DNA of 59,795 nt, the filler included, from Jimgerdemannia flammicorona (taxonomy: Eukaryota): NCBI GenBank assembly GCA_003990765.1. It is 3 parts of 3 records of this genome, joined end to end, with 100 filler letters (N's around TTAATTAATTAA, not from the genome) between each part and the next. Parts side by side here need not be neighbours in the genome. Positions count along the whole stretch, not along the records: positions 19,966 to 39,830 come from RBNJ01001823.1; positions 39,931 to 59,795 come from RBNJ01001824.1; 1 more part is not named here. The stretch is one strand, 5' to 3'. How positions within the stretch are numbered: the stretch's first letter is position 1; each line of letters begins with the position of its first letter. The notes under the pieces were generated by a model. That model worked only from the letters and a program-made list of their open reading frames with translations, had not been told where the DNA came from and ran no database searches. Shown piece by piece: positions 36,502 through 49,890 of this stretch. Both the position numbers and the translations under genes were made by a program.

Positions 36502-39240
36502 ATGACTTGCACACTTTGCCCACAGTGTCACTCTAACAAAACAGATTATCAACACGACTCCCAAGAGCTCGTATGCACTGACTGTGGCACCGTCATTGCT
36601 TCACAATTCTTCCGCGACGATGACGTTTTCACTGGTTTGGGTTCTTACCGACTGGCCAACGACGCCACCCACACAACCATAGCTACTATCGGCCTTAGGG
36701 GTGGTAGGAAGGTAAATGCGAGGGGCCCTGGTTCCGATCCCGGAAAGTACGCGCGGACAGCAAAGGCGAGTTACCAGTATATCTTGCTAATCTCTGGCGT
36801 TGCTATATAATTTGTGCGTTGTCGGTTCGAGCACACTGGACAACTAAGTCTGGTCAATTTGAATGAATATCAATGTCAAGTGTTCTAACCACTTGCTCTT
36901 CCTCCGTCATTCGCAGGCCCATATGTCCAAAATCTTTGACAGCTTCGGCACGCGCTTCCGTCTCGACCCAACCGACATCAGCATTTGCAAACACCGCTTC
37001 GAACAATGCGTCAAGATTAACCTGGGCACCGCCGGTGGCCGCCGCGCCGATATTCTTGCCGCTGCCATTGCCTACATTATGATTCGCGAGAAGGGACGCG
37101 CCTTCGGGTTGCTTGAGTGCGCCTCGGCCGTGCATTGTAACGTTTTCGAGGTGGGGAGAATATACAAGGATGTGAAGCGATTCCTCAATATCAGTTTTTC
37201 GGAAATGGATCCATACGTCTTCCTGGAAAAGATGGTCGTCGACTCCTACCCCGAACTCGAGCCCCCGAATTCGACTGGAAACGCGGAATACGAGCCGCTG
37301 CTCGCGTTGAGCTCTAAGTTCATCGCCATCGCTAAGATCGCCTCTCTTGATCAAGGCCGCAAGCCCGAGCCTCTAGTGGCGGCCGCCATTGTCCTAGCGG
37401 CCAACACTCTTTCGCATGAGACTAAACACCACGTCCGCCAAATCGGACGTATAGCCGAGATTCACGTCCTCAGCAAGGCTACCATTAAGCAGCGGTACGT
37501 CGAACTCAGCAAGATCATGTTAAACTATGCAAAGATGTTACCGTGGGCGGTAAAGGTGCATTCAAGGAACATAGGATTGTATCTCGCAGATACGGTAAAG
37601 TGGTTTGAGGAGTTGCAAAAGAAGGAGAAGGGAGTAGACAGTATATTTCGAGCCTTGGAAGCTGATGGAGAGAACGAAGAGGATATTGATTATGAGACGG
37701 GCACAGAAAGCGGGAATCAGACGGAAGAGACGGATGATGGAACTGAGCCGCCAACGCCGTCCGAGGCGAACTCACCGCCCATCTTCAAACGGCGCGGCTC
37801 CATGACAGCCTCCCCCCCCGCAACCACCCCAACTCCCGCAACCACCCCAACCCCCGCCTCACTCCACCCTCCGGCCTTCACCCGCTCGCGCCAGAACGAG
37901 TCTGCCCGCCTCGCCAAGATCCAGCTCGCCAAGGAGCGCATCCGGTCGGCCCTTTTCGCCTTGCCGTCCTCGGACCAGGGATCGCTGGCTATTCCTGCCG
38001 ACGAGGAGCTGTCCTACCTCCAAATCCTTTTGCTCTACGGCGTCCCCGAGAAGGATCTGGTCGATCCTGACATAGCGAGTCTGGAGGAAATGGTGAGACG
38101 CAGGCCTGCGAAGGAGGAGGGTGGAATCGGCGCCCCGTTCGGAGATTCACAACGGCAGAGGGAAGAGCTGGATCAAGAGCAGGTGGACGAGCGGGATATG
38201 AGCGAGGAGGAGGTGGAAACTTACATCGTACCGGATTGGCAGGTATGTATTTTTCAAGTTCGGGTTTACATGACTGTTTCTGTTTCTTCATTCATGGGCC
38301 TCAATTAATCAAATTCTACTGTCTCTCTTCTTGTCTCTTTTTTCAGCTACCCTACAAGCGAGCTTCACAAGCAAGCATCCTATACGCGAATGGCGACGGC
38401 ACATTTGATGCACGAAAAACCAGAGCAGCTCAAAAACAGAAAGCGGCTGCCGCCCCTGCCAACAACAGCTCAAGCAGAAAACGTATCCGACCCATGTCCG
38501 CGGATTCTTTGGATGGCGATTTTAGTGGCGGTGATATTCCGAGCGAGCTATTGGAGGGCTATTGCGCGGACATACAGAAACCGCTTAAGAGGAAGCTTGT
38601 GAAGACTGCGGATGAGCTAGACTACGACGTTCCCTTGAGCAGGTGGAAGAGGCGAGAAACTGAGAGGGAGAACACGATGGTAACGAATGGTGACCTCGAG
38701 ATATTGGAGGGCTATTGCGCGGACATACAGAAACCGCTTAAGAGGAAGCTTGTGAAGACTGCGGATGAGCTAGACTACGACGTTCCGTTGAGCAGGTGGA
38801 AGAGGCGAGAAACTGAGAGGGAGAACACGATGGTAACGAATGGTGACCTCGAGATATTGGAGGGCTATTGCGCGGACATACAGAAACCGCTTAAGAGGAA
38901 GCTTGTGAAGACTGCGGATGAGCTAGACTACGACGTTCCGTTGAGCAGGTGGAAGAGGCGAGAAACTGAGAGGGAGAACACGATGGTAACGAATGGTGAC
39001 CTCGAGATATTGGAGGGCTATTGCGCGGACATACAGAAACCGCTTAAGAGGAAGCTTGTGAAGACTGCGGATGAGCTAGACTACGACGCTCCCTTGAGAA
39101 GGTGGAAGAGGCGAGAAATTGACAGGGGGGACACGATGGTAACGAATGGTGACCTTGAGGTGAGCGAGCTATTGGAGGGTTATTGCGCGGACATACAGAA
39201 ACCGCTTAAGAGGAAGCTTAGTAATGGGTTTGAGAAGTGA
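36502..39240 (+). CDS. BRF2/PTF2-like TFIIB-family Pol III factor; exons ~36502-36765, 36917-38242, 38347-39240
   Basis: Zn ribbon CPQC..ELVCTDCG; two cyclin folds (LAAAIAYI, GRKPEPLVAAA); AKMLPW arch-like segment; HPPAF pin-like motif; DMSEEEVETYI TBP-anchor-like motif. Confidence 0.8.
38551..39218 (+). repeat. In-frame 153-bp (51-aa) tandem repeat, 4 full copies plus one partial
   Basis: Units start at 38551, 38704, 38857, 39010 and 39172; the first three are almost identical. Confidence 0.97.
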
Positions 39241-39830
39241 GAGAAAGAAATGGGGGGCGATATGATTGTGATCCTGGTTCTGGTCAATACAGCGGATGAT
39301 GGGGGTCATGCTCTTTCAAAGCGTTTCTTGCAGATTTGCATGGCGATGTTGGAACCTTCTTGCATAAGGTATAGAGATACTGAAATAATTTTGCACTTTC
39401 ATCTTGTACATTTCCAATTCATGTTGCATTTGTTTTTGTTTGCAGACCAAAATTTGTATTTTTCATTTTGTACCATACAATTTTATAATCACGTTTAATT
39501 GATGAGCCTGTAAATAAATGGCATGGAGCCCAATGATTGGTGAGAAATAAATTGTATTCTATCCACCCACATGAGGGTGTTCAGACTTGAAAGTGTTGAT
39601 GGTTCACAGAGTAATTTCGAATAATGTTAGATGATCTATCTGCCAAAGAACATGTATTAATAGCCAGTCGACATTTAGGAACGAGCAAGCTAACAATATA
39701 CAGTGTGGCGTTGGTTATGTATGATGAACTTTCGACTTCACGGCTTAATGTATGCTACTTGGTGAAGCGCGCGATGTATAACTGAGTGCGTTGGTGACGT
39801 TCGCGACGGTTACGGGTCGTTGGTCACGTG

Positions 39831-39930
39831 NNNNNNNNNNNNNNNNNNNNNNNNNNNNNNNNNNNNNNNNNNNNTTAATTAATTAANNNNNNNNNNNNNN
39901 NNNNNNNNNNNNNNNNNNNNNNNNNNNNNN
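39831..39930. other. Artificial contig spacer (N44-TTAATTAATTAA-N44)
   Basis: Identical to the first spacer. Confidence 0.99.
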
Positions 39931-42900
39931 GGGGGGCGAGGGGGCGTGAGACGTGTTTGAGGATTGAGCTGTCGATAGGCGCTTGGTAGCGATAGTAGGC
40001 GATTTCTTGGGGATTGATAATTTCGGTTTTTTTTTCGGAATTAACGTGTTTTGTTCATCTTTTCATCGTAGATCGAAGCATCTCCAGTGTATATACTCTC
40101 CATGAATGCTCGATTGACATTTCAGAGGGATCAAAGGACTGGGATCCGTTTTATTCTTAACCCCTTGAAGATCGTTACAATTCGGTAGGGATCTCTCTGT
40201 CATCATGGGCACCCTAATAGAATATTTTCCTCTCTAGCATTAAGTTTACATCCATGATCACACCATGCATTCAGATGATTCCGCCTCGACCTGTCAACCG
40301 CCGCCGAAACCACGGCCATTCGAACCTGGCGATCCGCGCGGTGCCCGGGCTCCAGCCGTCCTCGGATGATGATGAGGAACGACTCGTTGATAACCGCCGC
40401 GCGTTCAGGAACAAAGGGCTTGCACCCGGCACGGGCGACCAGTTTCATCTCCCAGTAAGAGGTGGAAACAGGAGCATCTTGCAGACCAAGGCGCGAGGGA
40501 GGATAGGGCTGATAAGGGTCCGTCGCGCGCAGAAAAAGAAAATGAGGGTCGAAGTGCATTCGGTTCGGCAGAGGGCTTGGAGGAGGTGGGTGAATCAGTG
40601 AAGGAGGCGGAGGAGACTGGATCGGTGAAGGAGGTAGGAAAGGTTGGATCGGTGAATGAGGAGGAGGTGGCCGGATCGGGGAAGGAGTCGCTTTCTGGAC
40701 ACGAGCTTGAACGGAAGCAGAAAGGGGAGCCGGCTGGGTTGGACGACGGCGACGCGCGGGAGGACGGGTCGTAGTCACCGAATTCAGTGTCTGCAACGCC
40801 ATCACCTCGGCATATCGAGAAGCGCAAGCTACCAGACTCGGTGATGACGAAGAGGGAGAGGGAACACCGGAGTGGATACCGCGCGCTGCCAAAGCTTTGG
40901 AGACTTTCGTTGTTGAAGAACCTTCGTCGGTGAGGATCATAATCGCATCGCCCATATATGCTCAAATCTACTAGATACGTCGACATGCGCACCTTCTGGC
41001 TCGCCGGTGCCTTGAAGAACAATGAAGTGCGAATGGACGTTTGTGTCGCCAACACGGGACGGTGCGCCGCTCACGGGGACCAGTCCGTTCGAAGGCGCCG
41101 GGATTGCCATTCCATGCCGAGGTGGTCGCCGTACCCAGGGATTACTACGACTTGGAGAAAGTCGACATGAACGCGTACAACCTGACGAGGAATGAGCCTT
41201 GCCATGAGCGGCTCAGAGGGCCCGGCCCGTCGTAGGCAACCAACTCGACTTACCTCCAGAGCTGTGGCGTGACACTCTCCGCCTGGCGGTTGCCCTAGAA
41301 GACAAGATGGCACTGATACCAACTATACTTTGTATGCGATTGGACAATCGTGCCTGGTAGGCAATTGCACGGATATGGGGGATATATTGGTTCAATTCGC
41401 TCAATTTAAACCTTCACCTACCATTTCCACATATTCATATCACAGAAACAAAATCACGACCAGCCTCCACCACACGTTACCTCCACCACTTTACCTCCCG
41501 TATTTCCAGTGTCGTTGATTACCTCACCGCATTCCGCCCATACCTCCGTCGCCTCTGCCTTTATTTCAATGGACTCCGTTCACACACACCCTTTGTCTGA
41601 TCGCCAGTTTCCTCCAGTATCTTATACGGCCCAAACATCTCCGAGGATAGTTCACCTGCCTCCTCACGGAATAGTCGCACCTAAATGAAATCACGTTCGC
41701 AAACCGGACTAGCGATTTCATTCTAGCCGTTCACATTGATGGTTGGCGTCGGGAAGCCCCGTCATTGGACATCCTCGAGTCCATGCTCAACGGCAGCTCG
41801 AACAGTTCGTCGCGGAAGCCACCACCCAACGGTGACCGCCGCTTGTGCGGCGATGCCCTTGAGAACGTCTTCTTTTCGGTGTGCTGGGGCGGCAGGGTCG
41901 GGTATTTGCCCGATCTGTCGGGGATTCCTCGCCCTGTCACCGACAAGGTCGTTGCCCTCTGCATGCTCGCAACCTCGTACTGACATGAGACCGTCATGAC
42001 AGGGAGTGAGCTGTCAGAGCTCATCGTACCAGGGTAAGCGAGGGTCATGTTTTATCATAGGTGCAATAACTCGATGGGTCATCATACTATTTTGTTGGGC
42101 ACGCGTGTTGACCCTACCATGGCCGTGGAGATGGATTCTGGAGAAAAAGAAAATAGGGATTTAGGTATCGCGCGAGGACCGTGTTCCTGTATTTGAGGTC
42201 ATATGATAATTCGCCTGATGTTTTCTTCGCATTGGATCCAGAATATCGCATCGTCACCGGCCGCACTGAACAAGATCATTGTCCCTTAGACCAACAATCT
42301 TCTTGGATATTCCTCCTCTGACCCCGCCATCTTCGACTCCCTTCAATTATTTCCTCATCGCCACTAGCCCAACCACGCTTCCTTCTGCGACATCTTCTCC
42401 TACACATCTTTGACACTCCCTTTAGACGCGATAATCGTCGTCTTTTCCAGAGGCCATCTTCTATGAGATCTTGACCTGACACACAGTTGCGCAAGGGTGC
42501 TATGTGTAGACGAGATGCAACTGAAAGGAAGGCTGGATCGTGTTCTTTGGGGGCGCGGGCGCCCGCCGCTCCAGGAGGTACGAGTTGAGGTTCTGTGGTT
42601 GACCGAGAGTGGTGGGGTTTGATAGATTAAAATAGGATGTGGGTCGATGTTGGTCATATTAGATATGCATATTATGATAATTATTGAGCATGTTTAAGTA
42701 GGCATTGGGTGCGTAATGACATTGTTGGTTTCATAAAGTCAGCTCACATTAATATATTGGGGAGCGGACCATTAATGAATTATACAGGGCGAACGAGGTT
42801 AAAAAGCGTTGGTATAATATATTTGAATAAAAATAATAATAATTATAAACTGCAATGCTGTATCAAAATGGCATGTTTACCTTCCCTCAATTTGGGAGCG

Positions 42901-43430
42901 CAAAGGTTGATTCAATCCCAGGCGTTATTGCTACAGAAAAACGATATGCCTGTGACTACCTAAGGCATGCTTCGCCTCCTGTGTGACTATTGACCCATTC
43001 GCATTTTGCAACATTGCAATGAGAATGACGTGTTCTTATGAATGGTGTTTTTTTTCCGAGCTATGGTGTTACCTTGCGTTGTCTACGGGCCATTCAAGTG
43101 TATGTGCATGATTATGTACCTCAGTACACACTGGCATAGGTTCTCAAACCAGCTCACTGAGCTCCTTATCTATTACAATGACGTTTGCAATTTCATACAT
43201 CGCGTTTCCGGTACGGGATCATGTTGGTACATTTTATTGTGGGTCAGGAGGTTTGAGTGGAAAAGTATTCAGAGGAAAATAAGGGGGGGAGACGTATGTG
43301 TTTTGACTTGTGGAGCTTGTGTGTGGATGTCGGGGAGAGTGAGAGGAGGGTAGGCGGGTCACTCTGCCGGCAGGAATTCGTTTATGGGTTTTCAGCTGAA
43401 CTGGGTAGAGGGGACGAAGTTGCATCTATA
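39931..43430. other. Unassigned CpG-rich, gene-like region (orphan gene or pseudogene fragments)
   Basis: Composition resembles the gene island. Several overlapping ORFs, including the Pro-rich 40203-40955 (-); no family recognised. Confidence 0.35.
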
Positions 43431-43475
43431 TAGATGTGTTTACTAAGGAATTCATTATGAAATACATCTGGGAAC

Positions 43476-43836
43476 TAGTGCTCCCAAATGAATTGAATCA
43501 ATTTAAATCAAATTGAATTGAGTGTCATTTGAATCAAATCAAACTGGGGATTTTTCAATTTGAATAAAGTTCAAATTGAATTTGAATTGAATTGAGGATT
43601 CAATTTAAACCTTAATTTTCAAAATATAATATTTGACAAAAATACATTCAAATTTAATGCCCTTTAGCTTGTTAGATTCCTCTTATATAGGGGAATCTAA
43701 CAAGCTAAAGATTGTTAAATTTGGACATGTTTTTGTCAAGTTATTATATTTCAAAAAATAGGATTCAAATTAAATTTCAAATCAAATTAGCCTTTGATTT
43801 GAATTAGATCTTTAATTTGATTCATTGAGACCACTA
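43476..43836. mobile_element. Second copy of the hAT-type fold-back MITE
   Basis: TAGTGCTCCCAAATGAAT...ATTCATTGAGACCACTA; 8-bp TSD CTGGGAAC/CTGGGAAT; same central arms. Confidence 0.9.
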
Positions 43837-43849
43837 CTGGGAATAACCA

Positions 43850-46800
43850 CAGAATCTGAAATATAAGAGGATTCCTGTGATATCTATAAATATACCTGCT
43901 TTCAAATTATGGACTACTTCAACTCTCCTTATTTCAATCTTAAGAATTTAGTAATAATATAAAATTTCCTTACTAAAAATAGTACAACTATATAGACCTT
44001 CTATATAAGTCTATATATAAGTTTTTTGACTCATCTGAAATATATTTCTAAAGATCTCATCTGGGTGTAAAACTATTTCATTACCTTCTTCTTGATTCTA
44101 GACTATTATTCTATGAGAAATATATCAATTTTGAAGTATATACCAGAATTTGCTAAAAAGATTATAAGGAAATTTTATATCTGAGGACCTGTTCAATTGA
44201 GTACAAATCTAGCAAAATTAGTACCTGATATTTCAATCAAGAAAACTATAATTATAATATATAATTAATTTATACAATATATATAAATATGATAATAAAT
44301 ATAGTAAATATAAATATATCCTTTAAAAAATAATTTTATAATTTCCCTCAACTAGATAAAAATATATTCTCTTAAACTTTATAATACTATAATAAAGAGC
44401 TTTACTTTTCTAATACTCAATTGAGTATCTGTCTAAAATATTCAATATATTAGTCAATCTCATCTTTATCTGTATTATTCGAATTACCCTTATAAGTAAT
44501 TATAATAAATTTAATATATTATTATAGTAAAGTTTAAATATTAAAAACTTTAATCTTCTTAAGTTTTACTAAAACTATAGTTATATATCTCTTCAAATTT
44601 AGTAAGACTACTTTTATCTCTCTAAGCTCTATTATTTTTTATAATTTCTCAAAAGTAAAATTTATTTAATCTATATATTTAGAGTGAGATATATATTGTC
44701 ATATAGTGGATACTGAGTCCTTCAAATATTTCAGATTCTCTTCAAGATGTATCTCTTAGACTAACTATAAGTTTGTTATAAGTAAGTTCTTATTGAAGTA
44801 TCTTCTCAAGATCTTATAGTCCTCAAACTTCTTATCTTTAAACTGTCTTATTATCTCTTAGATTACTTGTATAGAATTGAATTTAAGTGAACTGAGAGAA
44901 CTGAGTTTATTTCAAGAGATATTTATACAAAATATAATTCAATGGTTACTAAGATATAAAGCTAAATATAAATTTCAATAACAAAATAAGATACTGGCAT
45001 ATAGAAAACTTTAGTTGTAAGTATAAATTTGAGTATCTATACAAATAATTACATAAGTTCAAGATAACAGTAGATTTCAGTTATATAAGAAAAGGATACC
45101 AGAATATTTAAATATTCAGATAAATAGTTATTAAAGAACTCAGAACAGAATGTTCAGAACTCTAGAGACTTCATCTTTATTGCTACTAGAGATCAGGATA
45201 TCTTTGAAAAAAATGAGGTCAGTGAATGTTTCATCCATTTTGTATATATTGCATATTTTGTATACCTCATACATATTGTCAATTAGCAGAATGATATTAT
45301 CATTGATGATGTCATTGCTGGTAATATCTTTATATTTGGCAGTAGTGTAGAGGAGAGCAAGGAGATCCAGGGCTCTCCAGTCTATGACATTCTCTTCTAC
45401 AAAATAAGGAACAAATGTGGGGTCTTCAAGAGGTCTAATCTGGATACTGGAATATAGAAATCAATCCTTATAAGAATTGATCTAGATTGTCCTAAAGAAT
45501 AGGATTCCAGAACTCTTCTATCTCATCACTATTGAGATTAATAGTGGATTGGGCTTCTGTAGTAACTATAACCTTCAGTATATTTGTGTGGTGAGCTGAT
45601 AATTCCTTAAAGTCTGAGACTCTAGTATACTCCAAGTTGGGGATTTACCATAGTATATACCTGAAGATTTGATGAATCTTTTTGGCTATCCTTATTTTAT
45701 ATATATCTATGGGGGTGGTATCTTGTATCTTTTAAAGACTAGTCTGAGGGAATTCCTAGCAGAGAAGGTTTCCTATTTCATACTCCTGCTATATCTAGAG
45801 GTATTCAGTAGTAATAGTGATCCTTGTTTTCATCTTATAGCAATTGAGGATAAAGTAGTAAGAGTTACTAGTACTCAGGTTGAGACTAGAAGTCCTTCTT
45901 GTGTAGGTCCTCATGGCTCTTCTGATATCCCGGAACATTCTTTCTTAGACTGAGAATCCTTGGTAGTTCCTGGATCTTGAGGTTTGGTAGGTAGCAGACA
46001 TTTTGTTTATAGTGAGTTTTTGAGCTATTTTGGGGTTTTGTGAGTCTTGTTTGAGTTACTGCTACTACAGTTCCTTGGTCCTTCTTTTATTTTTCTTGAT
46101 ATGTCTATCTTGTAGTCATGATGACTTATAGTTGATCATCATTGCTCATCTTATAGCCTGAGTGAGTCATACAGTATAATCTTCTTATACTCCTATCTGG
46201 TGGCTTATAAGAAAAGGCTGTCTTCTGTGATAATGTCACCATTCTGAAATCACTATTATATCTTCCATCTAAATAAGGATCTTCTCTTAAATATCTTTAT
46301 TCATTAGTCAAGTCTGAAAAATTTGCTAATCCCATAACCTCTGACAGAAGGTCAAAAAGTGGTATTTATAGGCTGATATTTTCTTTATATATTTTGGTGT
46401 AATAGTGAAGAGTCACTTCTTTCATATAGAGTAAGGGTCTGATTCTGATCTTGATCAATCAGTTGATGATTTAAACTCCCCTGACTTCAAAAGTCTTACA
46501 GATAAGTAGTTGCTTGTACTATTTCTTTTAGAGAATGGTCTATATAGATTGCCTGCTGGTCACGAGACATACTGTTATGATTCATGGACTAGAATCTCAT
46601 AGGCAGTTATCATGTTTTACTTCTCTTATATGGATTCATAGTACTTCTTGGGTCTGTTCCTGTATACTATAATAGGCAGTATAATTTCTAAGAGTTTTCT
46701 AAGCCAAAAGGTAGTTCTCTTGATATCTTATATATAGAAGGGTTCTTTCTATTTGGGCTCCAGTTTTCATGACCATGAGGCTTCTACTATATTTCAATAC

Positions 46801-47220
46801 AGTAGAACCTTTTCTCTGATTTGAATGGGTTCTAGAGTCTTGTGATTCTTTTCTGTATTCTTTCTTATTAGTACTTGTGACTTAATGATGTAATTCTCTA
46901 CCTTCTTCCTAATTTGGTATAGTCTCTAGATTTCTGAGTCAATCTGTTACCAAGTTAGATCTAGATTTATAGCTAAGATTCTATCAGAATCTTCTTCTGA
47001 AGAGTAGTTCTCTTGGGGTAAAGTATGTGCTCTATAATTATATATCTTGTAAGACAGAGAGGGTAGTTGAGTGGTAGTTATCTCAATTCTTATATATTTC
47101 TTAAGAATCTTATTGGTTCTTTCTATCTGTATATTTCCTTGAGAGTGATATGTAATAGTCTTGATATACTGAATCTTATATCTCTGATAGTTAGTCTCTC
47201 CTCAATACACTCTAGTCACA
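43850..47220. mobile_element. Heavily decayed TE DNA, probably LTR-element derived
   Basis: CpG-depleted and TA-rich; ends GTCACA at the LINE junction. No clean domain recovered. Confidence 0.4.
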
Positions 47221-49890
47221 TCTTTTAACTTTACTCAACAGATCCCCACAGAAGATCTCTCGAGATTTCAGTAAACAATTTTGGATCCAATGTCTATTAT
47301 CTATACCCCCCATAACTTTAGCTCTACTAGCAAGAAGGAATTGAGATATTAATATCCAGACTTATCTCCCTCTTTCCAAACTAACCATATCTCAATAACT
47401 CTCAATTATCTGATCAAGAATACTACTTATGTTCTAGATCAATTCAGATATCTATTCTCCAGTAATCAGCAGTCAGCATCCAATCTTCTAAGCCTACTCT
47501 ATAAACTCACCAGTCTCTCTACAATATCCTATCAGTATCCATCAGTGAACTTAGATACTCTATCTTCTCTCAGATATCCAGACAACTACTTTAGCCCTCA
47601 GTACTCTATATCAGTCTTTACAAATATACCACACTTTTGATGACCATTTATTCATTTGACTCTGTCCTCTCTAACTATAGAGAAATAGGAGAGTCTATAA
47701 CTACTAGCTTCCAATCAGACCTCTGCCACTTCTCTCATACCAAATATTCTCCCTAAGTTCTGATATTACCAAGATCTCCTTTATACTTCTATACTAGAAT
47801 TCCTACCTTACTCTACCAAACTACCACTCTGCTCTATTTCTTCACTCACTTCTGCCTGTTTAAGTTCTCCTCAGAGTATATATCCTATAATAGAAAATGA
47901 TCCATATCCAATCCCTTCAGCTAAGCAAAAATGTTTTGATATCTTTCATAGTCTCTCAATTCATTTATATTCAGTGAGAAAATATTAGTATACTTTTCAA
48001 ATGATTAATATTTCTTTTTCATAGGTCTGAATTCTTCATAGCTTTATACTTATCTCCTTTTTAGTTAAGTATAATCCATGTTTTACAACAGCCTCCTATT
48101 CTTTGATCTCCTTAGTCTTCAATTTCACTATCTTCTCTCTATACTCCAAACATACCTCCTATTAGAGCTACAATCTATATTATTGTTTTTATCAGTCGAC
48201 AGCTCACTCTCTAGTAGTAGCTACCAATTCTGTCTTCCTCATCACATTGACTTATAACTCTTCTCATCTAAATAATCTAGTGAAGATTCCCAATATTCTT
48301 TCCCCAGAGTTATCAGGTCTTTCCTCTGCATATATTTTATTATCAGTACTAGTACTTACTAACTCATTCTAATTTTTCTCCAGAATATCCACCAATATGT
48401 TCTTTCCAACCCTAACTCTCCATCCTTCCTTTACAGAATTAGGTACTCTAAACCAAACTCTTTGAGTACCTCTCATCACTATATCCTTACCAGTCTTCTA
48501 TATCTGAGCAGCAGCCCCCACCTTATAATTCTCTCTCTCTTCCCAGACTTCAAGTATGCCCTTATAATAGAGTCTCTAATCTCTCACCTCCCTGCTTTCC
48601 ACCAGACCTGTCATCTTTCTGCTCACACCCACATTAGTCTAAATACTTATCTGTACTCCCACTTTGCTCTCTATTGATCTAGCTATTGATCTCTCCTTCA
48701 ATTCTACCAGTAAGTCCCTCTGCCTCTTCTACTTCTAAATCTTTTTCCATAGTGTCTTATCTATCCTAAAATACTTTCTATTGATTATCTACAAATATGT
48801 TAACCCCTCATATACTCACAATACTGCTGCTATCACTCTACCACTCTACTGAACTTCTTCAGAGCATCCAGCAGATCTTTCTCCTCCTTCACACTCTCTT
48901 TTACCCTAGTTACTCTATAGATGAAAATACTTTACATTAAAACTGAGGTCCAGTTATGAGTCTTCTCAGTAGTCTCTCTCTCAGTAAGCTAGAGCCAAAT
49001 ATCTATATTTCTAAGTCTCCTCTCAAATCCAGAACCCAATATCTACCATATTACTATTTCACCTTACCTCCTCTACTCTTCTTCTCATTTCCATCAATAT
49101 CACTATAAGCACCCTTTTCACCAGAAGCTATATCACTCTCAGATCTTATCTTAAGCACTGAACTATCAGGATAGTTATCTTACCAATACTCTCAAAGTCA
49201 CCTACAATAACTGATCTTCTTAAAGCTTATCTTAACTCCCTCTAGACCCTATAAAAACTTCACCAATATAGTCCTAGTTATCTACTTCAAGATTAGGCCC
49301 AGAACTATCTTTACTATAATAATTAATTTCTGGAAGTATAATGTAATAGTAAATTCTGAGATTGACTTCTTGAGTAATAGAGCCACTATCAGACCCATTA
49401 TACTGTCTGCTATATTCCCCTTCACCTTATACTCCAACTGCTCAGCTTTATCATTAGTGATTACATCTGGATTTTTTTTCCAGATCCTCAGTAATACTAT
49501 CATTAGCAGTTCTATTCTACTCTTAGTTATAACTCTATCAGTCTCTATATCAGCTCCACCAGCCAATGACCCTCTAGTTCTTCTAGTACTTATCTTCTCC
49601 TTTTCTTCAAACCAGTCTCTCTGAGTACTACCAGTCCACCCCCCTATCTTTATCTTATTGGCAAAGCTTATAAACTAGACTTCATCCCCACTTACATCTG
49701 ATACTGAGTTTCTCTCAAATATCTTCTCACTTATACTGCTAAAGAAACCCATTTCCATATTATAACCATACTTAATATACTGCCACACAAAGGCCCCAGA
49801 TATATCTGACCTAGCATATCTGTCTGAACTATTATATATATTATATTACTAGTTAGTTTTCTCTAAAAATAATAATAAAAAGCTTATATA
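47221..49890 (-). mobile_element. LINE copy 3 (5' end, ORF1, APE)
   Basis: Minus strand WKKNPDV...ALLLKKSISEFTITLYFQ matches copies 1 and 2; NIFSLNIN at ~47980. Confidence 0.85.

Noticed and set aside
20022..38291. Many antisense or alternate-frame ORFs over the real genes
   Set aside because: Expected shadows of GC-rich coding exons, with no independent motifs.
38551..39218. CRISPR-like array
   Set aside because: Contiguous 153-bp in-frame coding units with no unique spacers, in a eukaryotic gene.
40976..41060. Restriction-like endonuclease motif of CRE/R2 retroelements (D..W....DV.V.N)
   Set aside because: Resemblance is weak, with no adjacent RT or CCHC motif.
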